Part shown: positions 9,268 to 21,500 of the stretch, in pieces
Layout: every line of letters begins with the position of its first letter
Position numbering within the stretch: position 1 is the first letter of the stretch
Source of the DNA: a virus
Length of the DNA: 64,000 nucleotides
Direction: 5' to 3' (one strand)
Virus record (IMG/VR): IMGVR_UViG_3300026519_000009
Location: 1-64,000 of that record
The notes under the pieces: generated by a model
The model's input: the letters and a program-made list of their open reading frames with translations, nothing else
Told to the model about the DNA's origin: nothing
The model's database searches: none
Made by a program: the position numbers and the translations under genes

Positions 9268-12200
9268 ATGGTTAATGAAATTTCAAGAGCTGAAGCATGG
9301 ACACGCGCACATGAGGTGTTCACACGTGTAAATTTTAATGCATTTGACTATAATACAATTAAGGAAAGCCTACTGGACTATATGAAGCTATATTTTCCAG
9401 AAGACTTTAATTCGTATATCGAATCATCCGAATTTATTGCAATTCTTGAACTATTTGCATATGTTGGTGAATTATTAGCATACCGGTTGGATTTAAACGC
9501 ACATGAAAACTTCATTACCACGGCTGAACGCAAAGAATCAATTTTACGATTAGCTAAATTAATATCATATAGTGCTTCGCGTAATGTTCCAGCGCGGGGG
9601 TTAGTAAAAATAACATCTATACAAACAACTGAACAGATTTTTGACGCACAAGGTAGGAACTTAGCTAATACAAATTTAATATGGAATGACTTAAACAACC
9701 CAGACTGGAAAGAACAGTTTCTTACGGTAATGAATCGTGTATTAGAACAACCATTCGGTACGGTTACACCAAATGAGCGGGTACAAATAGAAGATGTATT
9801 GTTTGAATTATACACATGGAATAATCAGCCATTATCTGGAAATGGGATAACCACGTTTAAGTATTCAATTCCTGCTGCGGGCACCACATTTCCACTTGAA
9901 TTAGTACCGGTGGCACTTACCGCAGCATCACCAATAGAAAAGCGACCTGAACGAAATGGGAAATTCTCATTATTATATGGTGCTGATGGTCTTGGTGATG
10001 GTTCCGATACAACCGGGTTTTTCCTGTACACCAAACAAGGAACATTGCAAGTTCGTGAAGCTAATTTCGACGGTCTCACCACAAACCAAACATTTGATGT
10101 AGCTACGAATAATATTAATGAAACTGACGTTTGGTTAAACAATGTAGACCCTAATACCCGTGAAATCATTAGCACAAATCCCTTTGCCCAACAATTACCT
10201 CACCTTGATAGTAATACCGGTCGGTTTGGAGAATGGTCAACCGTTAATGCGTCAAATACACAAAATATCTTCTTTAATATTGTCAATAAACGCCAACAGT
10301 TTGAAATTGAAACATTAGATAACGACCAAATTAGATTAATATTCGGGGATGGTGAATTTTCGGATATTCCAAACGGTGCTTTTGATATTTGGTATAGAAT
10401 TTCTGCAAATAGTAATAGTGCAATTCCACAAACGTCTGCGAATGAGCTCACCGCAAGCTTTACGTATTTAGATATTAGCAACACAACACAAACGTTTACC
10501 TTTACCTTTGCATTAATCAATTCGCTACAGAATGCATCGGTCTCCGAAGATATTGAACATATTAGACGTGTTGCGCCTTCGGTGTACTACACACAGGATA
10601 GAATGGTAAATGGTAGGGACTATAACTCGTTTATGCTACAAGACCCATCTATATTAAAATTACGTGCGGTAAACCGAACATTTTCGGGTGACTCAAAATA
10701 TATAGCGTGGCATGACCCAAAAGAATATTACGAAGATGTAAAAATATTCGGGGAGGATATGGCACTGTATTGGATAAATAATGTTGTGGAGAATGGTGGA
10801 CTAATTACCTCCAATACCGCGCTTACTTCATCTGAAGTTATTTCAAACCTAATAGAACCATTACTATGTAGTTCTGACTTATACAATATAATGATTGGTT
10901 TATTTCAAAACGCATCAATGCAATTAGTGGAACATTGTACGTTTACACCAGCCGAAGTGTCAGTAATTCAATCTGCTTTAGATTTTGCTGCCACATCTTC
11001 CAATCCACAAGTAGACTTATATTTTTCGGCTACTGGTGATGAATGGACGGTGGGCGAAAGCATATCATACACCGATTCTGTATTTTTGATAAGAATAGAA
11101 GCAATTTTCACCGCTAGTAGCTTATCTGGATGGACTATACGTTGGGCGACCAGTAGAATGAATGTTCAAAGTCAAACTACTAGATTTAGAAATACAAATA
11201 CAACCTCACGAATCGTCAACTTTGATACACTAAATTCAAATGATGATAATATTTTAATACTTAATGCAAACGCAAATGGCAGTGAAAATGCGTTATTGGG
11301 TTCAAATAAAAAATATAATGTATTAGGTCAGGAACTCGTAGAACAAAATCTACCAAATGCTGGATTACCGGATGATAATCGTCTTTCAGTGATACCGACC
11401 GATACGGATGATGATGGTATTCCGAATGACATAGAACAAACGGATTTATTAAACGCAATATACACCACCGTCATAGCAGTTGCTGGTACGGGAATATTAT
11501 TTGACTTTCAATCACTATCCAATCCTGCACCCGGCACACAGCTTCCTAATGCAAATGCAATGTATTTTATGGAAAATACACATTTGGAAAGTGTTTCGGT
11601 TAAGGTTAATAATACAACCATTACTACGTGGGTACCCGGTCCAGTTATTCCAGGGACAAACGAAATTCATTCAATAATAATCACATCACCGCTTTCCGTA
11701 AGCGATATTCTCGAAATATCAACTAAACGATTTGTTTATTTTCATCGCCCAACCATTACCGATCAATGGGTACCTGTTGTCGATAATAGCGCAAATCGTG
11801 CGTTATGGTTTGCAGATTCATTGAACCTTTTATATAAACGCGAAGAAGGACGATTTCCGCTAAACTTCGCATGGTTCTATACAACGCCTAGGTTTCATCT
11901 CGTAGACCCCGCCGCTAGTAACATAATTGATATGTTTATAATCACAACGTCATATTATCAAGAACTTACGCGATATCTAAATAATAGCACTACTATTATG
12001 CCAACATTGCCAACACCACTTGACTTACGAACGTCATATGCTGGATTGTTACAAAATGCAATGATTTCGGACACAGTTATTTTACATCCTGGAACATTTA
12101 AAATACTATTCGGCGAGCGTGCAATACCTGAACTTCGTGGTGTATTTAAAGTTCTACGACCGGATAATACATCATTGACTGATAATGAGGTCAAAGTCAG

Positions 12201-12465
12201 AATAGTAGATACCATTAAACGGTTTTTTAATATAACGGATTGGAATTTTGGAAGCACGTTTTACTTAACAGAATTACTAGCCGCCATACATGTTGATTTA
12301 GGAGCGGAGATTCGATCAATTGTATTAGTCCCCACATTCACGACAAATCAATTTGGCGACTTGTTTCAAGTTCAAGCACGCGAAGATGAAATATTTATAG
12401 CAGATATTAATACAACCGATGTTGATATCATACAATCGTTCACCGCTGAAAATATAAGACAATAA
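9268..12465 (+). CDS. Baseplate wedge protein, gp6/baseplate-J-like
   Basis: FDYNTIKESL...ENFITTAERKESILRLAKLISY; FGDGEF; QDRMVNGRDY; directly follows gp25. Confidence 0.85.
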   Translation: MVNEISRAEAWTRAHEVFTRVNFNAFDYNTIKESLLDYMKLYFPEDFNSYIESSEFIAILELFAYVGELLAYRLDLNAHENFITTAERKESILRLAKLISYSASRNVPARGLVKITSIQTTEQIFDAQGRNLANTNLIWNDLNNPDWKEQFLTVMNRVLEQPFGTVTPNERVQIEDVLFELYTWNNQPLSGNGITTFKYSIPAAGTTFPLELVPVALTAASPIEKRPERNGKFSLLYGADGLGDGSDTTGFFLYTKQGTLQVREANFDGLTTNQTFDVATNNINETDVWLNNVDPNTREIISTNPFAQQLPHLDSNTGRFGEWSTVNASNTQNIFFNIVNKRQQFEIETLDNDQIRLIFGDGEFSDIPNGAFDIWYRISANSNSAIPQTSANELTASFTYLDISNTTQTFTFTFALINSLQNASVSEDIEHIRRVAPSVYYTQDRMVNGRDYNSFMLQDPSILKLRAVNRTFSGDSKYIAWHDPKEYYEDVKIFGEDMALYWINNVVENGGLITSNTALTSSEVISNLIEPLLCSSDLYNIMIGLFQNASMQLVEHCTFTPAEVSVIQSALDFAATSSNPQVDLYFSATGDEWTVGESISYTDSVFLIRIEAIFTASSLSGWTIRWATSRMNVQSQTTRFRNTNTTSRIVNFDTLNSNDDNILILNANANGSENALLGSNKKYNVLGQELVEQNLPNAGLPDDNRLSVIPTDTDDDGIPNDIEQTDLLNAIYTTVIAVAGTGILFDFQSLSNPAPGTQLPNANAMYFMENTHLESVSVKVNNTTITTWVPGPVIPGTNEIHSIIITSPLSVSDILEISTKRFVYFHRPTITDQWVPVVDNSANRALWFADSLNLLYKREEGRFPLNFAWFYTTPRFHLVDPAASNIIDMFIITTSYYQELTRYLNNSTTIMPTLPTPLDLRTSYAGLLQNAMISDTVILHPGTFKILFGERAIPELRGVFKVLRPDNTSLTDNEVKVRIVDTIKRFFNITDWNFGSTFYLTELLAAIHVDLGAEIRSIVLVPTFTTNQFGDLFQVQAREDEIFIADINTTDVDIIQSFTAENIRQ

Positions 12466-12485
12466 TTCAAAACTTTGAATTTTAT

Positions 12486-12553
12486 CTAAATTAACGAAAT
12501 GTCACTTCCAAATTCCGCTGGGCGGCCAACGGTGAGGGGATTTAGCAAATCGG
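12486..12553. mobile_element. Degenerate palindromic mini-element with two left ends
   Basis: TTTAT|CTAAATT...CACTTCCAAATT...GCAAATCGG|ATAAATA. Confidence 0.55.
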
Positions 12554-12586
12554 ATAAATAATTAAATAATTGGAGAGCAACTTACC

Positions 12587-15500
12587 GTGCCGAGTGATAA
12601 TAAAACAGATTATATGATAAAATTTATGGATTTACTGGAATTATTACCAGAGCCATATCAATCTGATGTTAATATAAGTGTAGTTAATAACCTTTTTAAT
12701 CGTTTTTTAACGAAAAAAGAGACGGTGCGCGTCTCTGGTTATATTGGTGTTGGTAATCAAAATGCTCTTACCCCTAGACGAATTAAAGAAAATGATATTC
12801 ATCGTCAAGCGTTTCAACTTCAACCAATATTATATGACAAAATTGGTACAATTGAACACATGGCATCGTGGAAGGATATTCAAAATGAAACGACACGACT
12901 TGGAATAAACATTGACGATTTTGCAACGTGGGGCGCAAGTGAAACCTTTAATTGGGTGCCACCAATTGATATCAATAAGATTATTAACTATCGTGACTAT
13001 TATTGGGTCGATACCGTAGGTAGTCAACCACAATATATTACCGTTCGTAGTCGCTGCGCAGTAGCGACAAGTCTGGCAAACTTTTGGGGGCAAATAATAA
13101 CACAATACGGTGAATTATTTCCAATAACTGAAATACGTGAGATTGACGACACCAGTGCATTACAAACATATTCTATTGTGTCGATTAATACAGGCACTGG
13201 TAATGTTGTTATTACAGGTGATGCCACAACCGATATTGTTAATGGTAATTTTTTTAACATATCATCAACATTAAACAACAATGGTACCTACCAAGTAAAT
13301 ATGGCACCGGTATATGATGGTGTTACAAACACTACAACATTAGACGTAAGTGGTTTAATTGCGGATGAAAATATTGGATTAGTAACACTTAGACGATATG
13401 ATAAGCTGGTGATTGGTCCAAATGACAATACACCTACCGGTGATTATAGTACGCTATTTGAAGAAGGGTTTGTTTTTTTTATGAGGCAACCAACAAACCC
13501 AGAACAAAATAATCAATTTGTAACGGTAATTAGTTCAACGTTTGACCCAAACAATGCAAACACAATAGTTAAGATCGGATTAACAACTACCGATAATACT
13601 GTGGCAGCTAGTAGTATGGTTTCATTGGTTGAACAAAATGCAATATATGTCGATGCCCGAAATTGTCAATGTGGCGTTGGGGTAGATGGCTGGGATGATG
13701 GTGTTTTATGGGACGATAACCCATCTAATCCAATATGGGGGGATGCGGAAGGTGCATTAGGGTCACCCATCCCTGATGGAATTTCGGATTATCAAAATTT
13801 AATTAATCGCATATCAAATGCCGGTCCACCTGCTTTGCCGGGAATTCAAAATGAATTATGGTTTGATACCATTGGTGATATATTATATCAATATGATACG
13901 GTAGGCGGTTGGAAGATCATTTGGAACTCTTTTAGTACATTACTATCCGATGTAACCGGACAAGTATTATGGGATTTATCGCAAAATTGCGACGAAGCCA
14001 TTCGTATACCAGCCATGGATCAATGGATTCTTGAAAATAAATGGGTTCATAAAAATGATATAACTAACTTTGCTTCGGTACGTAGAGCCACCCAACCTAT
14101 TATAGAATATGACTGGGACTTAGAGTTAAACGAATGGACATTTACCAAATATCGCTGGGGATACCGTAGTGAAACAAATGGTACCTTCATAGAAACAACA
14201 GAACTTCCACCTTTTATAGAATTAGAAGAAATAGTATGGTGGGAACTGGATACTACTGATATTACGAATAGTACTGTAATCCTTGACTCGCGTTATGGTG
14301 ATCAAAGTGCCTGTTTCGCAGCAAACACCCGATTTCATATTGGTAACACTATTATTAATGAAGTTGACTATGTTGAATATAAAAAACCGTCAATTGCCAG
14401 TATGTTCCCATATAGAACATATGTGAAATTTAAAACACCAATCGTAGGGTCAACCGGTGACTTTAGTATAGGAACCCCTAATAGTTTGTCATTAACACCA
14501 GTTGTAACAAAACAAGGTGATCTTTGGGGAGGATACGGTGTTCATTGGATATTTTTAGGCGCAAATGATACAGTACCTGTTCCACACCAAACGGATAATC
14601 CTGATGTTGCAATTCTGGATACTGCGTTGGTGTCTACTATTGGAAGTCCTCCTATATATGAAACACGCGAATCATTATATGCGCAAGAATTTCAATTATT
14701 AGCACCATCTACAACAATATTGGAATTAAGTAATATTGTTCCTACTAATGATACTAGATCATTACAAAGAAAGGCATTGTATAATTTCGATGATATTCGT
14801 GTTTATTTAAGCGATATCACAAATGGAAATATTGTTCGTCAATTCGGAACGTATGAAGAAATAGGAGAAGTTGTTGTCGATATTATCGGAATCGATGACG
14901 TATTAAACGAATTTATAATAGGTGAAGACTATTCAACATTATATACAGCAGGGGATACAATACGATTACAGGAAAATAATACGGTTGGTACACAAGACTA
15001 TACGGTTGCGGGCGGTGCGTCAAATCCTAATCGTATTCGCGTAACAACCGCGCTTGCCGGAATATCCATAACCGGACAAATAGTGAATATATCGAATCCT
15101 GTTACTACCGAATTATATCCAAATATCGATTTCGTAAATACACGAAATATTTCAATTTATGTTCGAGGGATACGCTTCTTAACCCCTGTGTTAGGCGGAC
15201 AAAATGTTACAATAGAAGTCGGTGAAGCATCAATAAATGAATTAGACCGTCATGCACTTAGAGTGCGCACTATTGAGGATGAAGCACAATATAATATTGT
15301 TGGTGACTTAGCTATTAGTACAATAAAATATAGAAAAGTTGAACAAGTAAAAACAAGTGACAATCAATATCCTTTATTTGATATTTTTACAGCAACGGGC
15401 GAAGCTGCAAATCGTGCCAATCCTATATTTGGATATAAAACGTCAAACACCGCTCCTATTAATCAAACAGGACTACGAATAGTTTTCGATGCAAGCACGC

Positions 15501-18500
15501 TGGTATATGAATTTGATCAATTTATTTTAGATGCAGATAATAGTGAATTATTTGCATATCGTGACTATTCTAATAAAAAAACAGATTTTTGGTATAATCC
15601 AGAAACAAATGAAATGTTGTTCTGGCACGGCACCGAATGGAGCAGTCGCACGGCGATGTCTGAGCATTATAGAAATGCTGTTATTAGTAGTATTGAACCG
15701 TCATTAATTGACCGCGCAATCAATGGCCTATATTGGTATAACACTACAACAAATACGCTATTTATTAGATCAATAGACCCAATATCCAATATTGGTACGT
15801 GGAATCCAATATTGGATATTGATACCACGACGACTGATACCAATTTACAAACAATATGGAAAGGCGGGTTGAACAATGATCAATATGTGCCTGAACGTGT
15901 TGATTGGTTAAATAGAACAAATAGTGAATATAATACTGAAATGTCTGCCTTTATTGACGGTAGAGTTAATACTTTATTGACGGGTGACACAACCCTAAGT
16001 ATCGCCGACGCAACAACGCAAGCATCCATTGATTGGTTTACTAGTCAGGAAAATGTGTTGTCACCGACCGGCATATGGGTCGGTGATTGGGAAATACCTG
16101 ATCCCTTATATCATAATAATTTACACGAAAATAAGAAATGCATTACAAGTAGGGACTTGTTAACACATTTCACCACCATTATTGAAAGTCAACCGACGAT
16201 TCCCGGATTTAATGGTGATAAAAACGCAATGTTCAATTTAATTCCAACGACGGGTGTTAATTTTGCACTAGGCGGTACAATAAAAGAATTCAATGATGGT
16301 TTCGATACTTTTCTATCTTCAACCTTCGTAAATAATGTAACACCTAGACGATTAATTGAGTTCGCGCATGATCAATATGAAAGTTTATTGAATAGCATTA
16401 AAGAAAGTTATCGGGCAAATGCGGTGCGCCTATTTACCGATTTATCCCCTAATAATATAGTAAACATATCTGGTTATATTTCAAATGAAATAATAGCTAT
16501 ACACGAGTTAAATGATGCGGCGGCATTTATATATGGGGATAGTACGACATTCAATGATATCCCCGGTGCCAATGATCTTGGTGTTCGGAATTGGATAGCA
16601 ACATTACCGTATTTGCGTCTATTGCATCGAAGATTGCCCGTTAGAATAATTAACGAGGTATTATCGCTGGATGAGATAATACATCACGATGGTCATCGGG
16701 GGGCATATTCATTAACCGATACTGCGGAAAATGTAATTGTTCAATTAATTATTAATACTGATGATAATCGAAATGGGATTGATACTTTAGGTAGAAATTC
16801 AATAGCAAACCCACCGAATAATATAGCTGATTTTGCTGCCGAATTTAATACCGATGCGAATAATCGCGGTGGTGTTTATTGGTGGAACACGACAACAAGT
16901 ATATTATATCGCTATACCGTAGCTGAATCTGGAACAAATACACCTATATTAGATTATCCTGATGGAACGCTATGGATGGATTTAACGCTTGGTAATGAAG
17001 TACTACGCATAAAATCAACAAGTACGAGTGGTGTGATATCTTGGGATGTCGCTGATGGATTATCGGTAGGCGATGGAAGATTTCATAATGGCACAACGGT
17101 TAATGATTTTAACACGGCAACAGTATCCACATGGCAAGAAGTTAACTTAAATAATTTATTGGGTGACCTTATATTCGAGCTTGAAACCCGTCTGTATAAT
17201 AATGCACCCAATAATCCGCAACTTAGCTATAATACCTCATTAGTGGAAACAACGTATCCGAATGACCACGCATTATATTTAGAGCAGGCATTTTTAGATC
17301 ATGTATCCCAACTAAATATACAAACCCCATATCAAAATACAGCGTTCAATATTTCTGATCCATTTACATGGAATTATAAGCATTCAGCAGGAGGCGGTGG
17401 GTTCGCTATACTCGAGGCGGATGGACTTACGAACTCTTTTTTAATATCGGGTAATCAATTATTCTTTTTTGATCCATGTTCGGCCTCCGCCACCGGATCA
17501 CCGATAACATATCCTGCATGTGTTCCAGGGGGGACAACAGCTACATTTTATATTAAAAACTCAGGCGGAAATGATGGAATTTGGACAACATTAAGTTCAA
17601 CCGTCGGTGATTTTACCGCATTCTATGATATATTAACCAATACCACCAGGATTTTTGTCCAAGGCAATGTGATGGATGATGCTACAGGTATTATTCATAT
17701 TGGATTATTACCAAGTCAAATATCATCAACAACGCCAAACAATCTAAATGATGGTTCGGAATCTGGTGGTGACTGGCGCGACTTGTATACCAAGTTATAC
17801 AATACACCATATCCAAATTTAGAACCATGGAAATTACAGGGCTATATCGATAAACCAACGTGGTGGGATGCGGAATATCTTAACACAAATGCATTACAAT
17901 GGGGCGACCGCGTATGGAAGTATAAGCACGGGTTTGAACTTATAAGTGCCGACAACTTAAGTAATGATAGTGTAGATGGTATACACGGTTCATTTAATAT
18001 TTCTGGAAACTTTAATACTGTTTTTACAACAGGTCATTCGTTTACCATAGATTCATCAATCGGATCACCGAATAACGATGGTACGTATATCACAGGTATG
18101 CGCGAAATAATTACTAATGTTAATATAGGTAGTGCTGGTACTGCATCTATAGAAATCGATGATGTCAGCAATTTAGCAACTGCGATATATCTACCGTCAA
18201 TGATATTTTCTGTAATTCAAACACCTGTTCTACCAGCAATAAATAATACAATTACAAAAACATATTCAATTACCAGCGTAAATAAAATAGGCTCCATATT
18301 TACAATAGCGGTAGCGGAAGAAATATTGGTTGGAGATATTATTCCAGCAACAAGTGTTATTAATGGAGCATTATACTTACCAACGTCCAACATCACTAAA
18401 GTGAAAATAGCTGGTGCCGTGACAACCAGTAGTGGGAATGGAAGACTAATAAAATCCGATAGTTTTGGACTTGGAATGTGGGAGAACATAAGGATTGGTG

Positions 18501-21500
18501 TAATTCCTCCTAACCGTGAATATCCAAATGGTATAGTTGGTGTCACCGGCAATCCATCAATAGATACATTAAATGGTTTGTCGGTACCTGATTTACCAAG
18601 ATTTAGTTACTTCAGTGTCAATATTGATAATAGTAATGTTAGTTCGGATGGAGGAATGACTACGTATGCACCTGATGGATTACTCCCTCCGTTTTGGGAT
18701 CATACCCAGCAATTTGGAACTACATTAATATCGTTCGATAATTTGATTCGAACAGTATTTTTTAACTTTAGCACAGAAATAATAACACCTAATATTGATT
18801 TTATATTTGGTGATGCCGGGCCAGTTGAATGGGAATGGAGAGTTTCATCACAATTTTTATATGATCAGTTAACTATAGCGTATAGAATTGATCCGGTCAG
18901 ATATGTGTCATCAACGTTCGGCTTCAATTTAACAACAATTGCTGGATTACAAATAGACCGTAATATAAGAAACACTCCCAGTCATACGCGAACTACATTT
19001 CATGGTGATATTGCAAATAATACACCAGTAGTAAGCAATGGAACGAATCAATGGTATGTCAATTTTAATCGTTTTACCGGTTATGACTCTAATTTTTCCG
19101 ATTTTAACCAGTTATGGACGCAATGGACCGCACCACTTAGTTACCAGTTTGCTTCGTTTATTGATACGCCATCTTTAAGTATTGGACATCGGTTTGTGTC
19201 AATTTCTGAGTTCGACTATAATATAGCGGCAAAACGCTCACCCGGTGTTAATGATTATTGGTTAGACGCATTTAATGTTAATATTATACAGATACCGTTT
19301 GATATTCAACGATATGATAATCAGTTGGAATGGCGATTTGAACTATCTACTAATATAAATATTAGTAGAGAAATCAACTATTACGATGTACGAAATTATC
19401 AATTCTATGCCAATCCTATAACAAATGAATGCTTGTTATACACATGGGAAATTGAGTCTGTAAATGCATTCAATAAAGAATTTACAATATTGGGCGATCA
19501 AACCTATGTGTTTTCCGCAGGAAGGGAATTCACAATTTCGACATCGAGTGGTAATGATGGTACATATACAACAACACGGGCAAGATATGATGTAAATTCA
19601 AACACCACTACAATAACCGTTAATTCCATAATTACATCAACTGTTGCGAATGGATTGATAACAGCAAAATATCGTTCTTATATGTGGGATACCGGTGATA
19701 GTATTTACCTGTCCACCGCTGAAACCCTTCCCATACCATTAAGGGGCGATAACGCAAATGGCCTAACCGAATATTTTATTATAAAAATATCTGATACCGT
19801 ATTTAAAATTGCAAATACTCCACAAGATGCAATAACAAATACCCCTATTGTAATTACATCAACAGGAAGGCGCGATCAATTCGTAGGCGAAATAACAAGC
19901 ACATTCCTTGCGCCTAACTCAACCACTAATTGGAGAATATATCGCATAGATGAATCATCTTCACGAAAATTTAATACACCATATCAAGTGCAAGGATTTC
20001 AAACACTTATTGATATAGTTCGTGGCTATGCAACATTTGCAAATGATGTTGGGTGGGTATTCAATGAAGACAACTCACTTCGTGATCCCGATACTACGCG
20101 AGTCGTAAATTGGCAGGTCGAATTGGAACGACTAATTACATATGCTTACGGTAATCGTCAATTGCGCAGAAGCATTAATGATAGGTATGAGGTATCCGTA
20201 AATTCATCAACCGATATTTGGACATTTATTGAACCGAATCAATCGTTTATAACGGGCGATATAATTACTGTATTATCTTCTAATTCTATATTTCCGGTGC
20301 CGATTGCAAATGGTCTCAATTACTTCATAATCCGAGATTCCATAACTACATTTAGAATATCTGCAACTAGGCAAGATGCGCTAAATGGTATAGCACTTAA
20401 TATTTCGGCATCAAGTGGCGTAGGAACATTACAAATATCAACACCGAATACCAACGCTAATATCATTCAGCCTTTTGAATTAAATGCGTTTAGAAATGCG
20501 GCATGGTTGAATACGCCTACCGGAATTGTTTCCAATGTAATTACCGGTCCAAGTGAAGATATTAGAACCAATCAAACTATTTTTAATCAGAATGGTCAAC
20601 AGATCAGCGAATCGCATTTGAGGGTGTATCGCCAAGATAAACAAACAAAAATACAAATAATAGATGTTGATAATCCGGTATCAAATAATAATAACCCATT
20701 ACTTTCACAAGAATATAGTAATATTAATTTAGGTGGATTGCATTTGTTTACCGATTCATACGAACACATCATGATATTCAACAATTATAATACTGATGGC
20801 GTATTGCTGTATGATCCATTTATTGGGTTAAATGTATCGAAGTATGAAATGTTATTCAATAAACAGCCAGAATTTCTACATAGACCATCGGTTGGTGGGT
20901 ATACTATTGAAACATTTTTCAATCAAGGTACAAATTTAACCGAAAATATAGAAGCAAGCATTGAGAATCTTAGGTTTGCACATGATACCTATACTAATTT
21001 AGAAAGTAATTTAATGACTACACATTCAAGATTATCATTGGGGTATGAAGGAATAACCGATTATTTACTTAATCTAAATCTTTCCGAAAAATCACAATTT
21101 ATTTTTTGGCGTGGTCTTATTCAGTATAAAGGTTCGCGCAATGCGGTACAAGCATTTACACATTCAAGACGGTTTATTGATGCACAGATTGACGACTTCT
21201 GGGCAATAAAAGTTGGTGAATTTGGTAGTGTAAAGGAAAAAGAATATCCTGAGATATTTGTAACAACTTCCGATGCGCGATCAAATGAGCTTCGCCTCGA
21301 ATTTATAGATAATGATGCATTAGATACAAGCGTAGAAAGTACATTTACGCCAATTAAACTATCAAACGAAGAACGATGGTATAACCAGCCTGATCAAGTG
21401 CATATTTTACGTGATAAAGGAAATGCATTATTTTTTGATATGATTGTGAATAATTCAATAGTATGTTCGTTAACCCCTGGATCGCCCTCTAACTTAATTG